Part shown: positions 51,570 to 60,527 of the stretch, one piece after another
How the letters are laid out: each line of letters begins with the position of its first letter
How positions within the stretch are numbered: the stretch's first letter is position 1
From: Minisyncoccota bacterium
GTDB taxonomy: Bacteria > Patescibacteriota > Minisyncoccia > Phycocordibacterales > JAQTLZ01
Length of the DNA stretch: 64,000 nucleotides
Assembly (NCBI GenBank): GCA_028714635.1
Contig: JAQTLZ010000001.1
Coordinates: forward strand, 173,272 to 237,271
Direction of reading: 5' to 3'
Notes under the pieces: generated by a model
The model's database searches: none
Told to the model about the DNA's origin: nothing
Seen by the model: only the letters and a program-made list of their open reading frames with translations
Program-made: the position numbers and the translations under genes

Positions 51570-52211
51570 TTGATTTCGGAAGATAAAAACATTATGAGTA
51601 AAACAGAAGCAGATGACTGCAAGAAAATAGAAATATGGTGGCTCCTGCGAGACATCAAGGAGAAAGGTGGTTACAAATACACCACTGTTTCTTGGGGTGA
51701 AAATGGTTCACACGGAAGCGTATCTGTGCAGGTATCTGTATGGGACGAAGAAAAATACGCTCGCTTTATTTACTCGCAAACTGACCATTCTACAGGTGAA
51801 AAGAAGGACTTCGACTACAAGGTCCCCATCATCACCACACCTTGTCATCTAGGTGGAGAACGATATTGGTTCAAGTGCTCTCTATTCAAAAACGGAGAGC
51901 AATGTGGACGACGTGTTGGTGTGCTCTACAAAGATGGTGATTGGTTCGGTTGTCGTCATTGTTACGAGCTCACCTACAAATCAAAAAACGTAAACAAGGG
52001 GTACAAACACTATCCGATGTTTCGAGTTCTTGAGCTAAGGATGGAAATAGACAGGCTCGAAGAGAAGTCACATCGACACACATACAACGGAAAACCAACC
52101 AAGAAGCGGATGCGACTAGAAAAGCTTTATCGAGAAGCAATGCTCCAGCATCGTGCTTTTTACGAGACTGAAAAAGGTCTCAAAGTCAGCAAAAAAGGTC
52201 GAGAGTTCTAA
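51570..52211 (+). CDS. Zn-finger hypothetical protein
   Basis: GGERYWFKC...CGRRVGVLY...CRHCYELTY. Confidence 0.65.
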   Translation: MISEDKNIMSKTEADDCKKIEIWWLLRDIKEKGGYKYTTVSWGENGSHGSVSVQVSVWDEEKYARFIYSQTDHSTGEKKDFDYKVPIITTPCHLGGERYWFKCSLFKNGEQCGRRVGVLYKDGDWFGCRHCYELTYKSKNVNKGYKHYPMFRVLELRMEIDRLEEKSHRHTYNGKPTKKRMRLEKLYREAMLQHRAFYETEKGLKVSKKGREF

Positions 52212-52225
52212 TCAAAAATGTTATT

Positions 52226-52468
52226 ATGAGTAAGTTACACGAAAGCCTGAATAATGCTCCGCAACCGCAACCTTCCAAGGAGCAGGACCAGCTTTTGTGT
52301 GAAGGTCCAAAGCACCTGCTCTCGAAAGATACCCTTGATGCTTTGGAAGAACTCGGTGGTGTTCTCAGGAACATTCACAGGAGAATGGTATCTGAAGGAT
52401 ACGAAATTGTAGATGGAAACATCCGCAAAGTAGTACCGCAAAATGTAAATGTATATGAAAAAGCCTAA
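52226..52468 (+). CDS. Small hypothetical protein upstream of recombinase
   Basis: Co-oriented ORF overlapping the recombinase start. Confidence 0.55.
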   Translation: MSKLHESLNNAPQPQPSKEQDQLLCEGPKHLLSKDTLDALEELGGVLRNIHRRMVSEGYEIVDGNIRKVVPQNVNVYEKA

Positions 52469-54146
52469 TATCAAAACTGAAAAAGATTTGATTGCCGAAA
52501 TACTCTCTGGTAAATACCGTGATTGTCATTTGATATATAACAGAAAGAGTACGGACGAAGCTGACAACCAGAAGAACTCCATTTCATATCAAAAGATAGA
52601 GAACACTCGTTTTGCACATCGAGAAAAACTTTCCATAGCACAAATCACCATCAAAGGTTTCTCTGCTGACGGCATCATTTCCGAAAAGCACTCAGGGTTT
52701 ACTGAGGACGATGATATAAACATTACCGATGACGGTTTGGTTCAATACAGAATTGATAGACCAAAGTTCCAGAGAATGCTTCAGTTCGTTAGCCAAGGGT
52801 ATTTCAAAGGTGTCGTATGTCTTTGTTGGGACCGTATCAGTAGAAATAAAGGAGATGACACTCTTATCCGAAAGCTTATGCGTAAGGGTGTAGATTTTCG
52901 CTTTGTATACGCTAAATACGAGAAGACAAGTTCAGGTGCTCTTCATATGGATATTGATGGAATGTTCTCTCAACATCACTCACGTGTTACAAGTGAGAAA
53001 GTAACGCTCACCATCCGTAACTCACGAGAGAAAGGCATATGTACTTACAGAGCACCAATCGGCTATCTCAATCAAGGGAAAATGGAAGATAAACCACTAG
53101 ACCCATTCCGTGCACCCATAATCAAGCAGATGTATGAGTATTACGCTACAGGAGACTGGAGCCTGTCAGACATTGCTCGCTTTGCAAATGACCAAGGTTT
53201 TACCACAGTACCGATGAGGCGTAGAAGGACAAAAGAAGAAATGCTCGCTGAGGAAGACGAGTTTGAGGAAATAGAAAAGACCTCACGTCCTGTAAACGAA
53301 AACCATATCAGCAGAATACTTACTAATCGCTTTTATACAGGAAGGACCCTCAACTCAGAAGGTAAATATATCCAAAGTATCAGCCACGTAGCTATCGTAA
53401 GCGATGAGCTCTTTGATGACGTTCAGGCTGTGCTCAAAAAGAAGAAAGTGAGCGTTCACTATACGGAAAAACTCGACCAGCCACTTCGAGGTGTTGTACG
53501 TTGTGCACATTGTGAACGTGTATACACACCATACATAAAGAAAGGTATTCAATACTACAATTCACGCTGTACAAAAGACTGTAAGAATACGGACAAGAAC
53601 TTGAGTTTTGAGAAGATTGATAAGAAAATCAGTGGACTTATTACAGGTCTGCATTTTACCGATGACGAAATAGAACAGATGGATGCTCGTGCAGGTACAG
53701 AGATTGCGTTGCTCGAAGAGAAGCGTCATAAAACACTCGACCAAGTAGAGAGAAAAAAGAAAAAGATACGAGAAGACCTTGCATACCTACGCTCGAACAA
53801 AATACCTCTCTTGAAGGCTGGAGTGTATACACCTGAGAGTTATGTTACCGAGGAAACAAAACTTGATAGTGAACTTTCTTTGTTGCAGAGCGAAGAGCAA
53901 GCATCAGACATCGCAATGCACGAGACAATGAAAGAGGTTCAAAAACTTTCAGAACTCGTCAAAAACGTTGCTCTATATTATCAATTCGCAAAACCACACG
54001 AAAAAGAGCAGATTGTTCGTGTAATCTTTTCAGAACTTTCTATTGCTCAAGATGTGTTGCAATTCAAGGTCAAAAAAGGATTTGAAGCCTTTGAAAACCG
54101 TTTCCTTGCTATTTGTGACCCTACAGAGAATCGAACTCTGATTTGA
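52449..54146 (+). CDS. Large serine recombinase (integrase)
   Basis: YNRKS catalytic motif; DRISRN; recombinase domain (APIGY, ILTNRFYTG); CxxC zinc ribbon; coiled coil. Confidence 0.92.
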   Translation: MYMKKPNIKTEKDLIAEILSGKYRDCHLIYNRKSTDEADNQKNSISYQKIENTRFAHREKLSIAQITIKGFSADGIISEKHSGFTEDDDINITDDGLVQYRIDRPKFQRMLQFVSQGYFKGVVCLCWDRISRNKGDDTLIRKLMRKGVDFRFVYAKYEKTSSGALHMDIDGMFSQHHSRVTSEKVTLTIRNSREKGICTYRAPIGYLNQGKMEDKPLDPFRAPIIKQMYEYYATGDWSLSDIARFANDQGFTTVPMRRRRTKEEMLAEEDEFEEIEKTSRPVNENHISRILTNRFYTGRTLNSEGKYIQSISHVAIVSDELFDDVQAVLKKKKVSVHYTEKLDQPLRGVVRCAHCERVYTPYIKKGIQYYNSRCTKDCKNTDKNLSFEKIDKKISGLITGLHFTDDEIEQMDARAGTEIALLEEKRHKTLDQVERKKKKIREDLAYLRSNKIPLLKAGVYTPESYVTEETKLDSELSLLQSEEQASDIAMHETMKEVQKLSELVKNVALYYQFAKPHEKEQIVRVIFSELSIAQDVLQFKVKKGFEAFENRFLAICDPTENRTLI

Positions 54147-54187
54147 GCCTTGAGAAGGCTCCGTCCTGACCGTTAGACGATAGGGCC
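54116..54187 (-). tRNA. tRNA-Glu(CTC)
   Basis: GGCCCTATCGTCTAACGGTCAGGAC-GGAGCC-TT-CTC-AA-GGCTC..GTTCGATTC. Confidence 0.93.
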
Positions 54188-54217
54188 GCACACGCGGAGA
54201 ATACTAACATTTTTCTC

Positions 54218-55183
54218 CTATTTGGCAAAAAACGCCATAAATTTCATTGGGTCAATTGAGATGTCGTTGATTCTTACTGTGATGTGAAGATGCGGACTTT
54301 CTGCGTAGCCGGTTTGGCCAGAGAGAGCAATTGTCTGTCCGATGTTTACTTTCTCTCCCACTTTCACATTTATTTTTGAGAGATGCATGTAAATGCTCAT
54401 AAGCCCGAGACCGTGGTCAATGACGACAGTGTTTCCGTAAATTTGGTATAACCTTGCGATTCTTACAATTCCTGTATTCATTGCGAGTACCGGTGTCCCT
54501 TCGTCTGCATGGAAATCCGTGCCTTTATGATTGATCGCTTCACCGACGGTTTGACGAACGTAGCCGTAATCGTCAGTAACAGTTATCTTGCCTGCGAGCG
54601 GGAACCGGAAAGGCACTGTCCAAAGCGCTGTGCTTGCCGTTTTAATGCCGAGGAGGGTTTGGCTTTCCTGCGCCATAGTGCTAATGACATTCGTTACTGC
54701 TTCTTCTGTGTTTCCCCCAAGTTTTTCTGGAATGCCAAGCGGGGCTTCGACTTTTGGACGTATGCCGATGGTTATATTTTTTTCAAGTTTTTCTCCGGTA
54801 GTTAAAGTTGCGAGAAGTTTGTAAGTTCCAGGTTTCTGATTGAGATCGATACCGATCAAAGCACTCGGTTCCGATTTGTATGAAAATACTCCTAAAAATT
54901 TTCCATCGAAAGAAATATTTTTAATTTCCGGCAAGTCGGCGCTTTTTATTTGTACTAGGATTGGTTCTCCTTGAATGATTTTGGCTGGCGTGATTGAAAT
55001 AGACGGAGCGGGGGTCGGGTTTGCTCTCGGAGTTGAAACAGGGGATGGTGTGGAGGAAATGGTTGGGGTAGGGGATATCGTCGGTGCAATAATCGGAGTG
55101 ACAGAGGCGGAATTTTTTTCCAAAAGGAAAAAAATTCCGCCAAGGACTAGAACCGCGACAAATATCTTTACTACGAAGCTCAT
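54218..55183 (-). CDS. M23 family metallopeptidase
   Basis: HKGTDF; YMHLS; PHLH; N-terminal TM. Confidence 0.92.
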   Translation of the reverse strand: MSFVVKIFVAVLVLGGIFFLLEKNSASVTPIIAPTISPTPTISSTPSPVSTPRANPTPAPSISITPAKIIQGEPILVQIKSADLPEIKNISFDGKFLGVFSYKSEPSALIGIDLNQKPGTYKLLATLTTGEKLEKNITIGIRPKVEAPLGIPEKLGGNTEEAVTNVISTMAQESQTLLGIKTASTALWTVPFRFPLAGKITVTDDYGYVRQTVGEAINHKGTDFHADEGTPVLAMNTGIVRIARLYQIYGNTVVIDHGLGLMSIYMHLSKINVKVGEKVNIGQTIALSGQTGYAESPHLHITVRINDISIDPMKFMAFFAK

Positions 55184-55204
55184 TGGGGTAGTATAACAGT
55201 TTGT

Positions 55205-55360
55205 TTGACAAAAATGATGCGTAGGAATAAACTGGATTTATGAGTATGTTAGCTGACAAATTCTTTCATTTCTTTTATTTTAGCCGTTAAACGGGAGATT
55301 TTGTTGCTATTTATAACTTAAACCTAGCAAAGAAAAACTCCCGCAAAACGGGAGTTTTTT
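55205..55360 (+). promoter_or_regulatory. Sigma70 promoter with Phe-rich leader peptide attenuator
   Basis: TTGACA-N17-TAAACT; leader ORF; antiterminator 55292-55310; terminator 55333-55360. Confidence 0.8.
55240..55290 (+). CDS. Leader peptide MSMLADKFFHFFYFSR (pheL-like)
   Basis: 5 Phe and 1 Tyr within 7 consecutive codons. Confidence 0.75.
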   Translation: MSMLADKFFHFFYFSR

Positions 55361-55500
55361 CTCATCTGGAAATTGAGCGTTTGGATAAAAAGCAAGTTCT
55401 CAATTTCCAGGTCAGAAGATTTGGATTCATGCCCGTGCGGGTTGTGGATGCCCATTTCGGGCAGAATGCGTTCTTCATGCTTTTGGGGAAGGGAGGTCGT

Positions 55501-56196
55501 ATGCACCAATTACCAACATTTCCAGCGTGCGACGCTGTGAGGTGGAATGATCTGGCAAAACGCCAAGCACTGTTGTCTCCCAGGATTAGGGCGGTTGTCT
55601 CTTACGCTCTCGGGCCTGCGGGCACTAACATGGAGCAGGTCGCGCGGCTCTGGCATGCTCACATGGGTATCGAGAACAAAGCGGTTATTGAGCTTTGCGA
55701 TTTGCCAGAAACGGCGGTCAAAAGGGCAATTGCAATGCAGGAGGACGGTGTTCTTGCAGTGTTCTGGACGTGCGCCGTGTTTGCTCGGTTGCATAAGGTT
55801 TTCTTCGGAAATCCCGCAACGTTGCCGCTTTTCTTCGTACAGCAAATGGCTCTCGACGAAATGCAGCTTGCCGTACGTAATCTGAAGTACCTCTCCTTAA
55901 TCGTCGAGCAAGGCGGGACTCCGAACGCTCTTTCGGGGATTAAGATCGCTAGTCATGTTTCTCCAGCTCCGCTTCTCGATACACTTGTCGCTAACAGGGC
56001 GACACTTGTTGATGCGAAGAGCAACGCACAAGCGGCCGAGATGTGCGCAGTTGGCGAAGTGGAAGCTTGCATGACGACTGAGTCGGCTCGCAAGCTTCAC
56101 CGTTTGACCATGGTGCACGTATTCGGCTCCCCGCCGATGCTTTTCTTCGGTGGGATTACCGCATCGGGATTCAAACTCCTCAAAAGCACCCAGTGA
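55501..56196 (+). CDS. Prephenate dehydratase-like / type 2 binding-fold protein
   Basis: ALGPAGTN..SHVSP..SNAQAA motifs; GGGAGG SD. Confidence 0.55.
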   Translation: MHQLPTFPACDAVRWNDLAKRQALLSPRIRAVVSYALGPAGTNMEQVARLWHAHMGIENKAVIELCDLPETAVKRAIAMQEDGVLAVFWTCAVFARLHKVFFGNPATLPLFFVQQMALDEMQLAVRNLKYLSLIVEQGGTPNALSGIKIASHVSPAPLLDTLVANRATLVDAKSNAQAAEMCAVGEVEACMTTESARKLHRLTMVHVFGSPPMLFFGGITASGFKLLKSTQ

Positions 56197-56286
56197 CTTT
56201 TGCATGAAAGTGCGAAAGTAACTAATTTGAGCTCTCGTCGGATTTTTAACAGATCCAGACGAGAGCCCAAATTTATTTTTCTTCAA

Positions 56287-57822
56287 ATGGATTCAAAAAA
56301 ATTTACATTTACACAAGCAATTATTGGCGCCAGAGGCAGTATGGGCCAGTTTTTGGTCGATACCCTTTCTCCCGTTTCTAAAATAATGAAAGTGAATCGC
56401 GATAGTTCCAAAGCAGATTGGGATAAGGCTTGGAGAGCCGATGCGATCTGGCTTTCCGTTCCTCGCTCATCCTTGGATGAAATGCTTTCTGGCAAAAAAT
56501 TTACCAAAAAACAACTTCTTATAGATCTCTGTTCTCTCAAAAGGGGATTGGGAAAGGTGATAGAGAAAACTGGCGCAACCCATCTTTCTTTGCATCCGCT
56601 TCATGGGGCGAAGGTGCCTCTTATTGGCCAGCGCTGGGCGATTATTGAGACTTCTTCTCATGGAGAGAAAAATCCTCATGCAAAAGTGCTTATAGATTTT
56701 TTTAAAAAACAAGGCGTGGCATTTTTATCGGCCAGTTCGGAAGATCAGCATGATTTTATGATGGGAATCACTTTAAGTGTCCCGGAAGTTCTCACCATTA
56801 TTTTAGAAAAAGTTATTGGCAATTATGCAAAAGATGCTGGAAAATCTTCTCCGACCCAGGAAGAACTTATGCGATGGGCGGTTCCGGCATCAAACGCCAT
56901 TTTTGGAGCATACGCGCATACGATAAACAGCACTCCCGAATGGCTTCGAAACGAAATTATCCGCGAAGCCCCGCACGACCTGCTTCAGTCTGTAAAAGAA
57001 GCCTGCAAAGAAATACAGAATATTTCTCTCGAAAGCGTGGAGGAATCTATTGCCACTCAAGCAAAAAAGATCACTCAAATTGCTCCGGCAGAAAGAGATC
57101 GTATCCGAAGATGGATCAATCAGTGGTTTGTGGATTCGACCAAGACTTTTTTCAAATCCGCAAAAGAGAGCCGAGTAAAGCCGAATTTGAATATTCAGTG
57201 GATGGAAGCAATAAAAAATATTTTTCCTGCAAAGAAGAAAATTCTTACCGTAGGAATACACGGTATCGACGGATGCTTTACTCATGAAGCGCTTTTGCGT
57301 TTTCTCGAGGAAAATGGAATTTCGGAGATGCGAGTCGAACCAAAGTTTTTGGTGACTGCAGAGAATGTACTGAAAGCAGTAGATTCTGGAAAGACCGATC
57401 TGGGGATTTTTGCTATCGCTAATTCTGGTTCCGGCGCATATGTTTCCAGCATGGCACCTTTGGCAAAATATACCTTCAAGATACAAGCAGTCCTCGGAAT
57501 GGAAATCATGCAATGCCTTTTGGCCCACAAATCAATAAAGGATGTCGAAGCTATAAAGCAGGTGTTCGGCCATCCTCAAGCCGTGAGTCAATGTAAAAGA
57601 ACTCTCGAGGAAAGTTATCCGAAATTGAAAGTTGTTTCAGGCAAAGATAGCGACGATACTGCTCTCTGCGCCAAAAGAATTTCGAAAGGGGATTTGCCCA
57701 AGACCACTGCTACCCTCGCTTCCCAAATTGCCGCAAAAAGGTACGGATTGAATATTGTTTCCTACAACATGCATCACGACCCATTCAACACGACAACATT
57801 TTTGCTTGTGTCAAAAAAATAG
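56287..57822 (+). CDS. Prephenate dehydrogenase / prephenate dehydratase fusion (TyrA-PheA, no ACT domain)
   Basis: IIGARGSMG, DLCSLK, HPLHG, QHD; then ANSGSG, GHPQAVSQC, NTTTF. Confidence 0.8.
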   Translation: MDSKKFTFTQAIIGARGSMGQFLVDTLSPVSKIMKVNRDSSKADWDKAWRADAIWLSVPRSSLDEMLSGKKFTKKQLLIDLCSLKRGLGKVIEKTGATHLSLHPLHGAKVPLIGQRWAIIETSSHGEKNPHAKVLIDFFKKQGVAFLSASSEDQHDFMMGITLSVPEVLTIILEKVIGNYAKDAGKSSPTQEELMRWAVPASNAIFGAYAHTINSTPEWLRNEIIREAPHDLLQSVKEACKEIQNISLESVEESIATQAKKITQIAPAERDRIRRWINQWFVDSTKTFFKSAKESRVKPNLNIQWMEAIKNIFPAKKKILTVGIHGIDGCFTHEALLRFLEENGISEMRVEPKFLVTAENVLKAVDSGKTDLGIFAIANSGSGAYVSSMAPLAKYTFKIQAVLGMEIMQCLLAHKSIKDVEAIKQVFGHPQAVSQCKRTLEESYPKLKVVSGKDSDDTALCAKRISKGDLPKTTATLASQIAAKRYGLNIVSYNMHHDPFNTTTFLLVSKK

Positions 57823-57851
57823 CAATGCCGAGAGTTCTTTGATGTTTTCCA

Positions 57852-57902
57852 ATGAGACGAGTTGCGTGGATCTTTAGAAGGATCTACGCAACTCGTCTCA
57901 TT
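57852..57902. repeat. Long inverted repeat
   Basis: ATGAGACGAGTTGCGTGGATC / GATCTACGCAACTCGTCTCAT. Confidence 0.8.
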
Positions 57903-57953
57903 GTGAGCGAGTTTTAAACCAGCGATTAAACGGATACAAAAGGGAGAGTTCAA

Positions 57954-59153
57954 ATGGTTCAAGCGAGACAGTCGTGGCTTCGGTCTCGACCGAAGAACGT
58001 GTTCCATCAAGTCGACGATCAATGCACATTCGCGCAAGCGAATGGCGTCGCATTGTATCGATTTGATGTCGGCCTGCCTTCGGGGCCTGCATTTCTTTAC
58101 GCTCGCAAAGCAGCTGCAAGGGCTGTGATGTCGATCAAAGAAGCGATGCATACGTACCAAAAGAATGGATCTCCCGGAGTTCCTGATTTTGCGCGGGATT
58201 TTGTTCTTTGTCACGTCCCATCCTTGGCGAAACATCTCGACAAGGTAGCTTTTGTGCCCGTGCCCGGATTGAAGTCGATGTTCGAACTTATCCCGCGCGC
58301 ATGCGGGATTCCAGCGGAGCGTTCACGCGGGGTGCTCTACACCATGACGGATCCGGGGTATCCGCCGCCGGAAGATATGTGTGCAGATCTTGGTATCAAG
58401 AAGCACCGCAGGCTCGTGACGAACATGCGTAACGATTTCCTCTTTGAACCTGAGAGAACCGGCGCAAGGAAAGGGGACGTCATCATGATCAATTACCCGC
58501 ATAATCCAAGTGGGCAAGTAATGAACAGAGCTTGGCTTCGTCAGCTTTGTGCGCATTGCGAGAAATACGGTATCCGGCTTTTCAATGATGCTGCTTACGT
58601 CTTTCTCGACCATACTGGAAAGCGTGTGACATTGGCGGAGATTGCGGTTGAATTTCCGAATTTGTCATGGGCTGAAGGATTTTCGGCTTCGAAGATCGGC
58701 AATTTTACCGGCTGGCGTATCGGCGCGATTGTCGGTTCCTCCGACTTCATCGCTGATATTTGCCGGAAGAAAGCCAATATCGATAGTGGTTTTTGCGCGG
58801 CGCTTGCTTTGGCGGTGCTTCGTCAGTTACAAAATCGTCCTCAAGATGTCGAGGCGATGCGCTTGGTTTACAAACGTCGTCTCGATGGGGTCATTTCGGT
58901 GTTGGAGCGGTATGGTATGAAGCTCGCATTTCGTCCGAAAGCCGGCGCGTTTAGTCTCTGGCAAACGCCTCGCTACGCATTCGGGAAGCGGGTTGTAAAT
59001 GCCAAATTCTTCAATCACGAGTTGATTCTCCGGACGGGCGTGGTCGGCGTCGACTTCGACCCCTACTACAGGGTTGCAAGTTTCGGAGACGTTGAACCGA
59101 TGTTTCCCCAATTGGAACGGGCGTTCAAGATGGCGGAAGTGAGTTATCGATGA
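57954..59153 (+). CDS. PLP-dependent aminotransferase class I/II
   Basis: NYPHNPSG; NDAAY; FSASK..TGWRIG. Confidence 0.9.
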   Translation: MVQARQSWLRSRPKNVFHQVDDQCTFAQANGVALYRFDVGLPSGPAFLYARKAAARAVMSIKEAMHTYQKNGSPGVPDFARDFVLCHVPSLAKHLDKVAFVPVPGLKSMFELIPRACGIPAERSRGVLYTMTDPGYPPPEDMCADLGIKKHRRLVTNMRNDFLFEPERTGARKGDVIMINYPHNPSGQVMNRAWLRQLCAHCEKYGIRLFNDAAYVFLDHTGKRVTLAEIAVEFPNLSWAEGFSASKIGNFTGWRIGAIVGSSDFIADICRKKANIDSGFCAALALAVLRQLQNRPQDVEAMRLVYKRRLDGVISVLERYGMKLAFRPKAGAFSLWQTPRYAFGKRVVNAKFFNHELILRTGVVGVDFDPYYRVASFGDVEPMFPQLERAFKMAEVSYR

Positions 59154-59215
59154 AGAGCAGGTTTTTCGAGGGCGGTTGTGTTGTGCATCCGCCTTTTTTC
59201 TTTTCCACACCTTGC

Positions 59216-59392
59216 TTGACAGCAAGGTAGGCAGGGTTATGATGGATATATGCAGTTGAGCCGAAACATTATTTGCAAGATTATCATTAACTCTCAAAAA
59301 GGGGAGACTTTTGATCCGTGTTGCGAATAAACTGAAAAATACAAACACTTACATCACCAAAAGCCTCCCTCTCCGGGGAGGCTTTCTTGTTT
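59216..59392 (+). promoter_or_regulatory. Sigma70 promoter with Ile-rich leader peptide attenuator
   Basis: TTGACA-N16-TATGAT; leader 59250-59330; antiterminator 59301-59313; terminator 59359-59392. Confidence 0.65.
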
Positions 59393-59668
59393 GAAAATTG
59401 GGCATCTGTGAGAACAGACGAACAGTTTCCAGACAAGTCGTTGCACTTCGCAAAGACACGGTGTTTGGGAAAGTTCTGTCAAAAAAAGGAGACGAGCAGC
59501 CATGCAGGATCATCGGTGTGAAGTGGGTTCAAAGGTCGCAGAAGAAACTACACCAAGTAGCGTTCTTCCGCCGGTACCGGTTTTTCCTCTGAAGGATCTG
59601 GAGGTTCTTCGATCGGGGAAAAATCCCGCTAACGAAAGAAGGGATGCTTTGTGGGGAGAGGAGATACC

Positions 59669-59974
59669 ATGCAGCGATTAGATCCCGAAGTTGCGATGTA
59701 TATGCGGGAGGGACAAGAAGCATATAAGAAGGGTCTCGATCTCAACTCTTGCCCCCACCCTCGTGGACTGAGTGGCAATAACTGGAAATGGGGATGGATG
59801 AAGCAGATGGGACGCAGAGTTGTAGAAGGGATCATCCGAAACCGCGGTCCGGACTCTGCGCTTCTCAACGCGCCAGATCAATGCCATCGTTTTCATGGCT
59901 GGGTTGCTTCAGCCTTCGAAGATGGATTCAGAGAGACTGTGGAAGAGGTTAGAGGAGGTTCGGTGGCGACATGA
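59669..59974 (+). CDS. Hypothetical protein with Rmf/CrpP-like motif
   Basis: EGQEAYKKG....CPH......WKWGW; GAGGAG SD. Confidence 0.5.
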   Translation: MQRLDPEVAMYMREGQEAYKKGLDLNSCPHPRGLSGNNWKWGWMKQMGRRVVEGIIRNRGPDSALLNAPDQCHRFHGWVASAFEDGFRETVEEVRGGSVAT

Positions 59975-60005
59975 CAATGTTGCCACTTTTTTATATTCTG
60001 AAGAA

Positions 60006-60527
60006 ATGAAAAAGGTTATTTCTCAAAATTTTTTCAATCGGCCGATACTTAAAGTCGCTCCGGATTTGCTCGGGAAATATTTGGTGCGGAAAATCAGGCG
60101 GAAAATTGTGAGGCTTAAAATTACAGAAGTAGAGGCTTACGATGGCGAGAAAGATTTGGCTTGTCATGCCTGCAGGGGGAGGACGCAACGGACTGAAATT
60201 ATGTATGGAGAGGCGGGTCGTTTTTATATTTATCTTTGTTATGGAATGTATTGGATGCTCAACATTGTCACGGGGCCAAAGGAATATCCGGCTGCGGTTT
60301 TGATTCGGGGAGTGGAAAGTTTTGAGGGGCCGGGAAAGCTCACTCGAGAGCTAAGAATTGATAAACGCTTCAACAAAAAAATAGTTAAGCCTCTGAGTGG
60401 GCTTTGGATAGAAAGTGGAGAAGAGAAAATACAGAAAAGCGCCGTCCTTCGGACGGCGCGTATCGGAGTTTCGTATGCCGGACCAATTTGGTCCAAGAGA
60501 AAGTATCGGTTCGTTTTAAAAAAGTGA
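60006..60527 (+). CDS. mpg: 3-methyladenine DNA glycosylase (Mpg)
   Basis: ITEVEAY; YIYLCYGMYWMLN; GPGKL; RIG. Confidence 0.92.
   Translation: MKKVISQNFFNRPILKVAPDLLGKYLVRKIRRKIVRLKITEVEAYDGEKDLACHACRGRTQRTEIMYGEAGRFYIYLCYGMYWMLNIVTGPKEYPAAVLIRGVESFEGPGKLTRELRIDKRFNKKIVKPLSGLWIESGEEKIQKSAVLRTARIGVSYAGPIWSKRKYRFVLKK

Larger units (their letters stand above)
39886..54118. mobile_element. Integrative defence island inserted at tRNA-Glu 3' end
   Basis: Serine recombinase abutting tRNA; TGTGA core at both ends (39886, 54114); excisionase-like HTH, ATPase and R-M cargo; distinct composition. Confidence 0.85.

Noticed and set aside
55381-55500. Upstream-extended starts in the ORF track (also 24826, 56200, 59895, 61085, 8512)
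   Set aside because: Downstream ATGs fit conserved N-termini or SD sites better.
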